DNA from: a virus
Taxonomy: Duplodnaviria > Caudoviricetes
IMG/VR virus record: IMGVR_UViG_3300038808_000065
Coordinates: 1 to 25,965 of that record
Strand: one strand, 5' to 3'
Length of the DNA stretch: 25,965 nt
Position 1 is the first letter of the stretch; each line of letters starts with the position of its first letter. A program made the translations under genes and the position numbers. The notes beneath the pieces were generated by a model. The model made no database searches and had not been told where the DNA came from. It worked only from the letters and a program-made list of their open reading frames with translations. Shown here one piece after another: positions 1-7,564 of the stretch.

Positions 1-804
1 ATGTCGCGTAATTCTTCTTCCTTTGGCGGCATCATCGCCACCGTCGTTCAAACCGCCACAACTGGCAGCCGCCGCCACCCACGCCTCGCCGCTTCCGGTG
101 CGACACACCACACCGGAGCGCCCGTACTCCGCGGCAGCGTCGAAGCTGGCACATTCGAGGATGCGTTTTTCACCAACCATGCCCCCGGTGAGACGGACAA
201 GATGCTGCGGGTGGCGAGGAAGCTTTGTGACGCCGGCCGGCGATTGGGTCGCGAGGCACGCGCGGGGGTGCGTCAGCTATCCCGCAAGGAACAGGCCATC
301 GCGGCCCTGACGAGCGGCACGGTTCGCGTATATGAAGAGCTATGCTCTCTTGCCCGCCTCAACCGCGGCCGCGTGTACCCCAGCTACGAGTGGCTTGAAG
401 ACGCCACCGGCTACGGCCGAGGGACGATAGCCCGCGCCTTGCGGATCTTGGAAGAGCTGGGCCTACTGATGCGGCAGCGTCGGTTCAAACGGATCGAGGC
501 CGAGGGTCCTGGGCCTCGCTATAAGCAAACGTCGAACGTCTACCGGCTGCTGCTCCCCGCCTCGCTGCTGTCCTACCTGCCGCGCTGGATGCGCCCTGCC
601 CCTGTTCCGGCTGACGCCCTCCAGCACGAAGCCGATCGCGTCGACGATCAGCAGCACATGCTCAGCCAGTTGAGCTGCCGCGAACTCGCGCGCGCCACGA
701 TTAACAGCGGTCCTCTCGCGAGGGTGCTGGCCAACTTGGGTGCGCGCATCGATCAGAATGAGCGCGAGTTCGATAACTGCACGCAACCGCTCACGGATTC
801 ATAA
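1..804 (+). CDS. Winged helix-turn-helix protein, putative replication initiator (plasmid RepA-like HTH type)
   Basis: 267 aa; YPSYEWLEDATGYGRGTIARALRILEELGLL is a typical wHTH of HTH-type Rep proteins, followed by QTSNVY; lies where the replication gene of P2-like phages lies, upstream of cos; no HUH/gpA motifs seen. Family from motif recall. Confidence 0.65.
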   Translation: MSRNSSSFGGIIATVVQTATTGSRRHPRLAASGATHHTGAPVLRGSVEAGTFEDAFFTNHAPGETDKMLRVARKLCDAGRRLGREARAGVRQLSRKEQAIAALTSGTVRVYEELCSLARLNRGRVYPSYEWLEDATGYGRGTIARALRILEELGLLMRQRRFKRIEAEGPGPRYKQTSNVYRLLLPASLLSYLPRWMRPAPVPADALQHEADRVDDQQHMLSQLSCRELARATINSGPLARVLANLGARIDQNEREFDNCTQPLTDS

Positions 805-847
805 GCTCTAGGTCAAAAGGAACGACTACGTCGTACGCAGTTTGATA

Positions 848-946
848 GTCCCCCCTCGGAAACATACCCACCGACACCACCGGCAAGCCCAGCGCAGCTT
901 GTCGGGACAGGCGGCTTGCGCCGCCCATGGGCTATCTAGGGGGGAC
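848..946. repeat. Nested inverted repeats downstream of the rep-like gene
   Basis: GTCCCCCCT (848-856)/AGGGGGGAC (938-946) enclosing CCGACA (871-876)/TGTCGG (900-905) and GGCGGC-TTGC-GCCGCC (910-925). Confidence 0.6.
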
Positions 947-1108
947 GAGCACGATCTGCGCCATATCGCCGCGAGGGAGCGCTTGAACCTGCACCAAAGC
1001 GCATTTTACCTCCCTCGACGGCGAACGGCCTGTGACGGGCAAAAACGGCCGTTTATCGAGGCATCAGACCGGGATCACTTGCATAAATAGCGATCCAAAA
1101 AGCCCGGA

Positions 1109-1130
1109 GGCGAGGCGCGGGGGCAAGCGC
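1109..1130 (+). other. Putative cohesive-end (cos) packaging site
   Basis: GGCGAGGCGCGGGGGCAAGCGC closely resembles the P2/186-type cos (GGCGAGGCGGGGAAAGCAC); preceded by an A-rich TTGCATAAATAGCGATCCAAAAAG tract; located between rep and portal as in P2-like prophages. Confidence 0.75.
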
Positions 1131-1163
1131 GACGTTTGAGGAAGAGGAAAGACGCTTACCGCG

Positions 1164-1192
1164 TTCGCAACACCGACATCGAGTGCTAGCGT
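1164..1192 (+). promoter_or_regulatory. Possible sigma70 promoter of the accessory operon
   Basis: TTCGCA-17 bp-TAGCGT with an extended -10 TG (TGcTAGCGT), about 60 nt upstream of the ATG at 1251. Confidence 0.35.
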
Positions 1193-1250
1193 GCTACACC
1201 TTCTTCGTCTTATTGGGGGTGACAGGGCACGAGGGTCGACTAAGGTAACT

Positions 1251-1640
1251 ATGGAAGAGACATACGATGATGCAGCCGTGCGACACTTCACAGACGCTCG
1301 GAGCTTAGCCGCAGCCCATCGGTACGACAGTGCCGGGCATCTCGTCGGTTTCGCCGCCGAGTGCGCAATCAAGCATGTACTCGGCCTAGCTGAACCTGAG
1401 GATGGTAGCCCGCGGGTTCACTTGCCTGACTTGGCCGGTGCAGCGCGACGCCGATTCTCTGGACGAGACCCGGTCCAAGCGACAATGCACAGCCTCTTAC
1501 AGGCGACAAGGGGCGGATTTTTTCAGGACTGGCAAATCTCAAAACGTTATCGACCAACCGGTACAGTCGCAGCTGACCAGTATGCGAATTGGGAGAGCCT
1601 CGCGAGGCGCACACTCTGCGCTGCCCACCTGAGCCAATAG
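1251..1640 (+). CDS. Small HEPN-like helical protein (gene 1 of putative defence operon)
   Basis: 129 aa from ATG 1251 after SD-like TAAGGT; pattern AAVRHFTDARSL...AGHLVGFAAECAIK...H...W...RY matches HEPN-like four-helix proteins (ExxxK helix, C-terminal RY). Confidence 0.7.
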   Translation: MEETYDDAAVRHFTDARSLAAAHRYDSAGHLVGFAAECAIKHVLGLAEPEDGSPRVHLPDLAGAARRRFSGRDPVQATMHSLLQATRGGFFQDWQISKRYRPTGTVAADQYANWESLARRTLCAAHLSQ

Positions 1641-1650
1641 GACTACTGCG

Positions 1651-2961
1651 ATGAATTTCGACAGTGCATTGCCTGAACTGACTCGTTTGGTTCGCGACAT
1701 TTTAGGTCCAGACACGCTGGATGCAGGACTCTTTTTACGGGACGCCGAGGGGCGTCTTACGTTCGTACTTCGCTCGGAAGTCTCGCGGAAAGATCGAGAC
1801 TCCTTGGAGAAGCAAGCCTCCGACCGGCTTGGGTCTTATGTGGACGGTGCCGTTGCTACGCCAGCGGAGTTGTTTGACGACAGCCTGATCAACGATGAAT
1901 CTGCGCTGGATGAGCAAGTAATTCTTAACGACGACGTTACAATTTTCGTGAAGCTAGTGGATCGTCGCATAATTGGGCAAGATTGGGACCGGCCTGATTT
2001 TCGCAAAATCTCGAACACAGTTCCTGTTGTGACATTCTTTAGCTGCAAGGGCGGTGTTGGACGATCAACCGCACTCGTTTTAACCGCAGCCGCGATGTCG
2101 CAGCAAGGTAAGAACGTTCTAATCATAGATTTTGACTTGGAAGCGCCAGGCTTAGGACCATTGCTGCTTGCCGATAAAGATCTGCCGCCTTTCGGATTGC
2201 TCGATCTTCTAATAACGGAGCGGATCGCGGGCGTCTCGGATCAGAGTCTCGAAAATTTCATATCTCCTTCCCCACTCACTGGCGGCAAGGGTTTGATCGA
2301 AGTTGTACCCGCAGTTGGGCAAGTTGGTCGCGATAATGCGAGCAATGTGGTGTTGAAGCTGGGTCGTGCCTTTCTAGAAGGACGAGGGGTCGAGGGCCAA
2401 GTCACGACGTTCCTGACTCAAATGAGAGAAATCGTGCGGAGATTGATTGATCGAGGCAAAAGTGATGTCGTCCTCGTCGATGCTCGGGCTGGGCTAAGTG
2501 AGAGTTCGGCTCCGGCTGTTTTAGGGCTTGGGGGTGACGTATTATTGTTTGGCGTCGATACAAACCAAACTTTTGAATGTTACCGCTATTTGCTTAGCCA
2601 TCTCGGCCGTTTTGCGCGAGAGGGTGGCGAAGACGACTGGCGATATAGAATGCGGATGGTGCACGCGAAAGCAGGGCGCGGCGAAGACGCTTGGCGAAAG
2701 TTCAGGGAGCGCGCTTACGAGATCTTCGCAGACACCTTGTACGAGGAAGCAGCTGGCTCCAGCCTTGACGTCTTTAACTTCGACATCGACGACCCTCAAG
2801 CCCCGCATTACGCTTGGCCTATACCTTTCGACTTAGAATATAGCGAGTTTGACCCCCTGACAAAAACTTCTTCGCTGGGAAAAGATTTCTATGAGCGTAG
2901 TTTTGGCCCCTTCATCGATCGGTTAACATTGCTCGCATTCAACGAGAAAGTTGATGACTAA
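1651..2961 (+). CDS. ParA/MinD-family ATPase with variant Walker A KGGVGRS and N- and C-terminal extensions (gene 2)
   Basis: 436 aa; VTFFSCKGGVGRS (KGGVGRS at 2047-2067), LIIDFDLEAPG, VVLVDARAG; about 125 aa extra N-terminal domain; no parB nearby. Confidence 0.85.
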   Translation: MNFDSALPELTRLVRDILGPDTLDAGLFLRDAEGRLTFVLRSEVSRKDRDSLEKQASDRLGSYVDGAVATPAELFDDSLINDESALDEQVILNDDVTIFVKLVDRRIIGQDWDRPDFRKISNTVPVVTFFSCKGGVGRSTALVLTAAAMSQQGKNVLIIDFDLEAPGLGPLLLADKDLPPFGLLDLLITERIAGVSDQSLENFISPSPLTGGKGLIEVVPAVGQVGRDNASNVVLKLGRAFLEGRGVEGQVTTFLTQMREIVRRLIDRGKSDVVLVDARAGLSESSAPAVLGLGGDVLLFGVDTNQTFECYRYLLSHLGRFAREGGEDDWRYRMRMVHAKAGRGEDAWRKFRERAYEIFADTLYEEAAGSSLDVFNFDIDDPQAPHYAWPIPFDLEYSEFDPLTKTSSLGKDFYERSFGPFIDRLTLLAFNEKVDD

Positions 2962-4408
2962 TCCACAGATTTCGGTTCGGAAGGTCCTCAGCTCGCTGCA
3001 TCCCTCCGTCGCACACAAGGCAGCGGTGGCCCCTGATCTGCGGGAGATTTATACGCCGGTCTCGCATGCAGATGCACTTGACCCCGAACGGGCGCTAGTT
3101 GTCGGGGGACGAGGAGTAGGAAAAAGCTTCTGGGCGGCCACCTTGGCGGACCCCGCAGCGCGCGGACGTGCAGCCGAGGCATATCCCCATCTTAACCTTG
3201 GCCGATATGACGTCGAGCTAGGCTTCCACGAAGGCGCTCAAGGTGCCGGAATGCTTGCCCCCTCACCGGCGTCACTTAAGCGAGCCCTGCAAATCGCTGA
3301 CGACCCCGCTTGGATCTGGAGAAGTGTACTTCTTCAAGCGCTAGCACCTACAATAGGGCCAAAGCGACTTACTGATCGTGTGACGTGGTTGATGAACGAT
3401 CCTGAGACGTATGATGAAATAACCTTTGAGGCAGACCAAGCACTCGCTACCAATAATCGTCGGTTGCTGCTTGTATTCGACGCTTTGGATGTTTTAGCAA
3501 ATGACTGGGACACCATCCGTCAACTGACAAGTGGCTTGGCCAGACTAGCTTTGGAGACTGGATCTCGAAAAGCGATTCGTATAAAATTATTTATGCGAAC
3601 GGATCAGTTTCAAGACATGAAGAGGAAGACGTTTGCTGATTTTTCCAAGCTAAGAACGGCTGCGGTTGAGCTAGATTGGAGAACCATAGATCTTTATGGC
3701 GCTCTATTTACTCGCCTTTGGAGAACGCCGGAATCGTCTCAGGCAGCGAAAGACCTAGCGGAGGGTCTTCGGATTCGAGGCGCATATGAAGACGATCTTC
3801 CAAAACAACTTCGCGATAGCGAGGTCGTTCAGCAGCGTTTCTTCTCTGCTTTCGCAGGTGAATTTATGGGTGCGAACGAGAAGCGAGGCAGGACCTACAC
3901 GTGGGTGCCAAAACACCTTGCAGACGGGCATGGCGAGACAAGCCTACGAAGCTTTCTTATCGCCTTGAAGGAAGCAGCGCTTCGAACATCAGATCGAACG
4001 AAGCTTGCCATTGATTATGTTGGCATCAATGAGGGAGTGCTTAAGGCGTCCGATACAAGGCGAGAGGAGATCCAAGAGGATCATCCTTGGGTGGAAGATG
4101 CTTTGACGCCGTTACATGGCCTTACGGTGCCGTGCGAGGAAGACGACATTCATTCTCGTTGGGATGACAAAAACGTAATTGAGAAGATCACGCAGCGTTC
4201 AGATCCCGAGCGACCCGCTGCTCCAGTGCAACTAAACTTAATTGACTTGGAGCGAGATCCTTGGGCGGGAGAGTACGCGTTGATGGCTGCTCTCGTTGAA
4301 CTCGGTATAGCAGAACGGCGGAGCTTAGATCGTATCAACTTTCCTGATATTTATCGTGTAGCTGCAAAGATGAAGCGCAGGGGCGGCGTAGCCCCTCGAC
4401 GAAATTGA
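2954..4408 (+). CDS. P-loop NTPase (Sll1717-like ATPase; gene 3)
   Basis: Walker A GGRGVGKS (3104-3127), Walker B LLLVFDALD, basic C-terminal PDIYR..KRRGG; start overlaps gene 2 stop by 8 nt (translational coupling). Family name from recall. Confidence 0.8.
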   Translation: MTNPQISVRKVLSSLHPSVAHKAAVAPDLREIYTPVSHADALDPERALVVGGRGVGKSFWAATLADPAARGRAAEAYPHLNLGRYDVELGFHEGAQGAGMLAPSPASLKRALQIADDPAWIWRSVLLQALAPTIGPKRLTDRVTWLMNDPETYDEITFEADQALATNNRRLLLVFDALDVLANDWDTIRQLTSGLARLALETGSRKAIRIKLFMRTDQFQDMKRKTFADFSKLRTAAVELDWRTIDLYGALFTRLWRTPESSQAAKDLAEGLRIRGAYEDDLPKQLRDSEVVQQRFFSAFAGEFMGANEKRGRTYTWVPKHLADGHGETSLRSFLIALKEAALRTSDRTKLAIDYVGINEGVLKASDTRREEIQEDHPWVEDALTPLHGLTVPCEEDDIHSRWDDKNVIEKITQRSDPERPAAPVQLNLIDLERDPWAGEYALMAALVELGIAERRSLDRINFPDIYRVAAKMKRRGGVAPRRN

Positions 4409-4440
4409 GTGAACGTCAAGGAGCGCATTCGAGGACCTGC

Positions 4441-5529
4441 CTAGGTAGCGGCCGCGGCGTTTCGGATCATCGGTTGGAACGGTTCGAAGGCGATGGCGTC
4501 CTCGCCTAACCATTCGTTCACCTCCAGCATGCGCATCTGGATCGGCTCGACGACATTGACGTGGAAGGCGTTCGCCGCGTCGATAATGCTGCCGAGGCCG
4601 CCGGCGTTGCGCGGCACGAACCCCAACAGGATCGGCGGCACGCGATGCGCCGCAAGGATATCCTCCGTCGTCGCTTGCTTGATGCCGAGAAATTCGTCCT
4701 TTGCCGCGGCCTCTCCGATCGGAATGATCTGCACCCCGTCCTTCTTGCCGTTGGGCGCATGGATGAACAGGTTGCGGAAGTTGCCGACGCCTTTGGTGTC
4801 TTCCAGCGACTCCGCCAGCTCGTCCGCATCCTCGTCAGACATGGTCGGCTCGCTCAGGTAGAAGACGAAGCCGGCATGGCTGCCGTTCTCGTAATATCGC
4901 CGGCGGAACAGCGTCGATTGCTCGTTGAGGAACGCCGACTGCATGGCCGCCAGATATTCCGGCACGCCATAGATTTCCTGTTCGAGGTCCGTCTCGTAGA
5001 GCTGGAACACGCTGCCGGGCGCGAATTCGGTTTCGACCTTGTACCCCTGCACCCAGAAGAACTGACCTTCCTCCTTGCCGCGGCGCGTGTGGATCGCCGG
5101 CGAGTTGAGCAGGCGCAGCGGTCGGCCGCCGAGGCTGTCACGCCGCTCGAGGAAACCATTGCCCATCGTCAGGAAGTTGAGCGCGAAATCCGCGAAGTTG
5201 CGCCGGTCTAGCAGGCGGGAGGGCTTGAAGTGCCTCACGAGCTGGTCGCGCTTGTACTGGAGCGCCGACGAATGATGCGCCGTCGCGCGATACGCGCGGG
5301 CCAGCCCCTTTGGCGGTAGCGGCGGTTCGTACCAGCGCCCGTTGAGCGAACACTCGGCATAGCTGATCAGGTCGCGGCGATCGAGGACCCGCTCCGCGTC
5401 GCCGAAGCGAAACGCGCGCGTCCGGCCGCCTGCTGCGCCGCCCGGCGCGGATTGACTCGGGCTGGTCACGATCTCTGCGCCGGCGGGCATGCCGATCGCG
5501 ATCGGCGCTGGGGTCGTTGGATCGGCCAT
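4441..5529 (-). CDS. gpQ: Portal protein (P2 gpQ, PBSX family)
   Basis: WYEPP, HHSSAL, QEIYGVPEY, FRRRYYENGSHAG, GVGNFRNLF, AKDEF, AAHRVPP motifs typical of P2 Q. Confidence 0.96.
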   Translation of the reverse strand: MADPTTPAPIAIGMPAGAEIVTSPSQSAPGGAAGGRTRAFRFGDAERVLDRRDLISYAECSLNGRWYEPPLPPKGLARAYRATAHHSSALQYKRDQLVRHFKPSRLLDRRNFADFALNFLTMGNGFLERRDSLGGRPLRLLNSPAIHTRRGKEEGQFFWVQGYKVETEFAPGSVFQLYETDLEQEIYGVPEYLAAMQSAFLNEQSTLFRRRYYENGSHAGFVFYLSEPTMSDEDADELAESLEDTKGVGNFRNLFIHAPNGKKDGVQIIPIGEAAAKDEFLGIKQATTEDILAAHRVPPILLGFVPRNAGGLGSIIDAANAFHVNVVEPIQMRMLEVNEWLGEDAIAFEPFQPMIRNAAAAT

Positions 5530-7393
5530 TGAGGGATCTCACTCTGGTCTTGGTGCTGGTGGTGTCGGTCGGATCGAGCGGTTCGCTCGACAGGGCGTGC
5601 ATGATCGCCCACGCAAGATCCGCGTGGCCGGTGTCGCCGGCGCGGCTGGCGGTATAGGTGACCTGACGCTGGCTCTTCGTCAGCTCTGCGCGGATCGCCA
5701 TGAAGCTCGCCATGATGTCGCGCGCGCCCTGATCGAATTCGAGGCGCTTGGCCTGCATGACGCTCTTGGCTTTCAGGACCATCTGCGTCTTGACCGGCAC
5801 CGAATAATCGATCCGCTTCGCACTGGGGAATTTCTTCACGACGAGCTGCCAGACCGACGCGCCGCACCCGGTCGTGTCGATCCCGATGAAACTGACGTTG
5901 TAGCGGTCGAGCTGCGCGACTATCTTCGCCGCCTGCTCGGCGAACCCCAGCCCCTTCATCCGGTGCTTTTCCAGCACCCGGAATTTGCCGGTCGGCGTCT
6001 TGGGGGCGGCAACGATCACCATAGCCGCGTCGTCGCCGGCCGCGCTTTCTGCGGGGTCGTAACCGATCAAGACCTCGCCGTCGCGATACGGCCGCAGTGC
6101 GAACGGATCGAAGTCCTTCGCCCAGGCATCCCAGCTATCGACACCGCAGGCCCGCATCAGGTTGAACGGGAACATCGACGAAGAATCATCGACGAAATTG
6201 CACATGTAGAGGTTGTCGAAGACGTCGGGCGCGTAACGCCGGCGCAACCGCTCGATGTCGAACAGGTCGCATCCGCCGTCCTCTGCGTCGAGGATCGACA
6301 CCTTCTGACGCCAGATGCCGTCAGCCCCGACGACGCCGGCGCGCAACTGCTCGTCCGTGAACCGGAAATTGGCACGATCGGCCTTCGGACGGTCCTCGTT
6401 GAACGCCTCGCCTGACCACTTTCGATAGGCTTGGTGCGCGATCGTCGACGGCGTCGAGAAATAGGTAATGCGATAGCGTTTCTGGCTCGCCATCGCGCTC
6501 GCCACGTCGTCGATTTGTTCGAAGCCATGCACCCAAAAGACTTCATCGACGTACACGTCGCCGTGATAGGATTGCGCGGTGCGGTAATTGGTGCCGAGGA
6601 AGTATAGCTTGGGCGCTTCCCCCAGCGGACCTTCCACCCCGTCGAGGTCGAGCGTGATCGGATCGCCCTGCAACTGGACGCCCGTCACCTTCATGACGAA
6701 ATCGATAATGTAGGCGCGAAAGTTGTTGGCCTGCGCCCGGCTCGCCGAAATGAATATCTGGTTGTTACCGGTTTGCAGCAGGTGGATGAACGCTTCGCGC
6801 GCGAAGTAATAGGTCGCGCCGATCTGACGGCTCTTCAGGATGAACCGGGTGGTGAGCGCGCTCGACCCGAGCAGCTCATCCTTCGGCCCGCGCCACGCGA
6901 GCTGGTAATCGAAGAGGTCGTTTTCGAACGCATCGATCAGCGTGGCGATCTGCGTCTCGTTCAGGTGGTTCTTGCGCGCGGCCTTCTTCGGCCCGCCGTT
7001 GCGGGCGGCGACGTTGGGATTGAGATCGACCTCGTTGCCGCCCGGCGCAAGGTAACGCCGCACCCGCGCCATCCGCTCGATCTGGCGGCCGAGCAGATCG
7101 ATTTCCTTGTAATCGCTGCCCGTCTTCGTCTCTTTGCTGACGAGCATGCAATAGCGCGACACGGTGCAGTCCTCGGCCCGCTCGATCTGCGGTGCCTCGT
7201 CCCACTTGTCGCGGCCCTTCCAGCTCGCGACGGTCGGCACCTTCAGATCCAGCCCGTGCAGCGCATTCAGTTCGTCGACCAGCTCGGTCACGCCCCAGCC
7301 GCGCCAGTACAGGCTCCGCGCCAGCCGACGCGGATCTAGGAACCGTTCGGCATGGATCGGGGCAGTTGAATCGGGATGGCGCTCGCTGGTCAT
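5138..7393 (-). CDS. gpP: Terminase large (ATPase) subunit (P2 gpP); C-terminus reads through about 130 codons into the portal gene
   Basis: ARSLYWRGW N-terminus, DYKEIDLLGRQ, LKSRQIGAT Walker A, AQSYHGDVYVDE, FSTPS, GYDP, HADLAWAIMHAL; homologous part ends near 5530. Confidence 0.95.
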   Translation of the reverse strand: MTSERHPDSTAPIHAERFLDPRRLARSLYWRGWGVTELVDELNALHGLDLKVPTVASWKGRDKWDEAPQIERAEDCTVSRYCMLVSKETKTGSDYKEIDLLGRQIERMARVRRYLAPGGNEVDLNPNVAARNGGPKKAARKNHLNETQIATLIDAFENDLFDYQLAWRGPKDELLGSSALTTRFILKSRQIGATYYFAREAFIHLLQTGNNQIFISASRAQANNFRAYIIDFVMKVTGVQLQGDPITLDLDGVEGPLGEAPKLYFLGTNYRTAQSYHGDVYVDEVFWVHGFEQIDDVASAMASQKRYRITYFSTPSTIAHQAYRKWSGEAFNEDRPKADRANFRFTDEQLRAGVVGADGIWRQKVSILDAEDGGCDLFDIERLRRRYAPDVFDNLYMCNFVDDSSSMFPFNLMRACGVDSWDAWAKDFDPFALRPYRDGEVLIGYDPAESAAGDDAAMVIVAAPKTPTGKFRVLEKHRMKGLGFAEQAAKIVAQLDRYNVSFIGIDTTGCGASVWQLVVKKFPSAKRIDYSVPVKTQMVLKAKSVMQAKRLEFDQGARDIMASFMAIRAELTKSQRQVTYTASRAGDTGHADLAWAIMHALSSEPLDPTDTTSTKTRVRSLNGRSNDPSADRDRHARRRRDRDQPESIRAGRRSRRPDARVSLRRRGAGPRSPRPDQLCRVFAQRALVRTAATAKGAGPRVSRDGASFVGAPVQARPAREALQALPPARPAQLRGFRAQLPDDGQWFPRAA

Positions 7394-7439
7394 CGCCGGC
7401 GACGCTAGCCGCGACCGTCGCCCTGCCGCCCGCCCCGCC

Positions 7440-7464
7440 TGTTGTAGCGCCCGGTTCTACAACA
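7440..7464. promoter_or_regulatory. Late-promoter activator box 1 (between divergent P and O)
   Basis: TGTTGTA-N11-TACAACA dyad, analogous to the TGT..ACA Ogr/Delta box of P2 late promoters; repeated at 13802 and 18803. Confidence 0.8.
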
Positions 7465-7564
7465 GCCCCGCGTTGCGCTGGGGGCCGGTTCTCCCGCTTG
7501 TTGCGGCCTCCAGATGCGGGATCGCCCGCGTCCACCGATCGATCTGCCGGAGCCGCCCAGCGCC

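Noticed and set aside
842-1090. 82-aa ORF in the rep-cos interval
   Set aside because: TTG start, no clear SD, no recognisable motif; the region is better explained by structured non-coding and cos elements
1191-1250. GTG start at 1191 for the HEPN-like gene
   Set aside because: It overlaps the putative -10 box; ATG 1251 has an SD-like TAAGGT and begins the conserved-looking region
1651-2961. Plasmid partition system (parA) next to a rep gene
   Set aside because: No parB or evident parS, variant Walker A, long extensions, lower GC and tight coupling to HEPN-like and ATPase genes argue against partitioning
4409-4440. Bidirectional terminator between the convergent ATPase and portal genes
   Set aside because: No convincing GC stem with U/A tracts in the 32-nt gap
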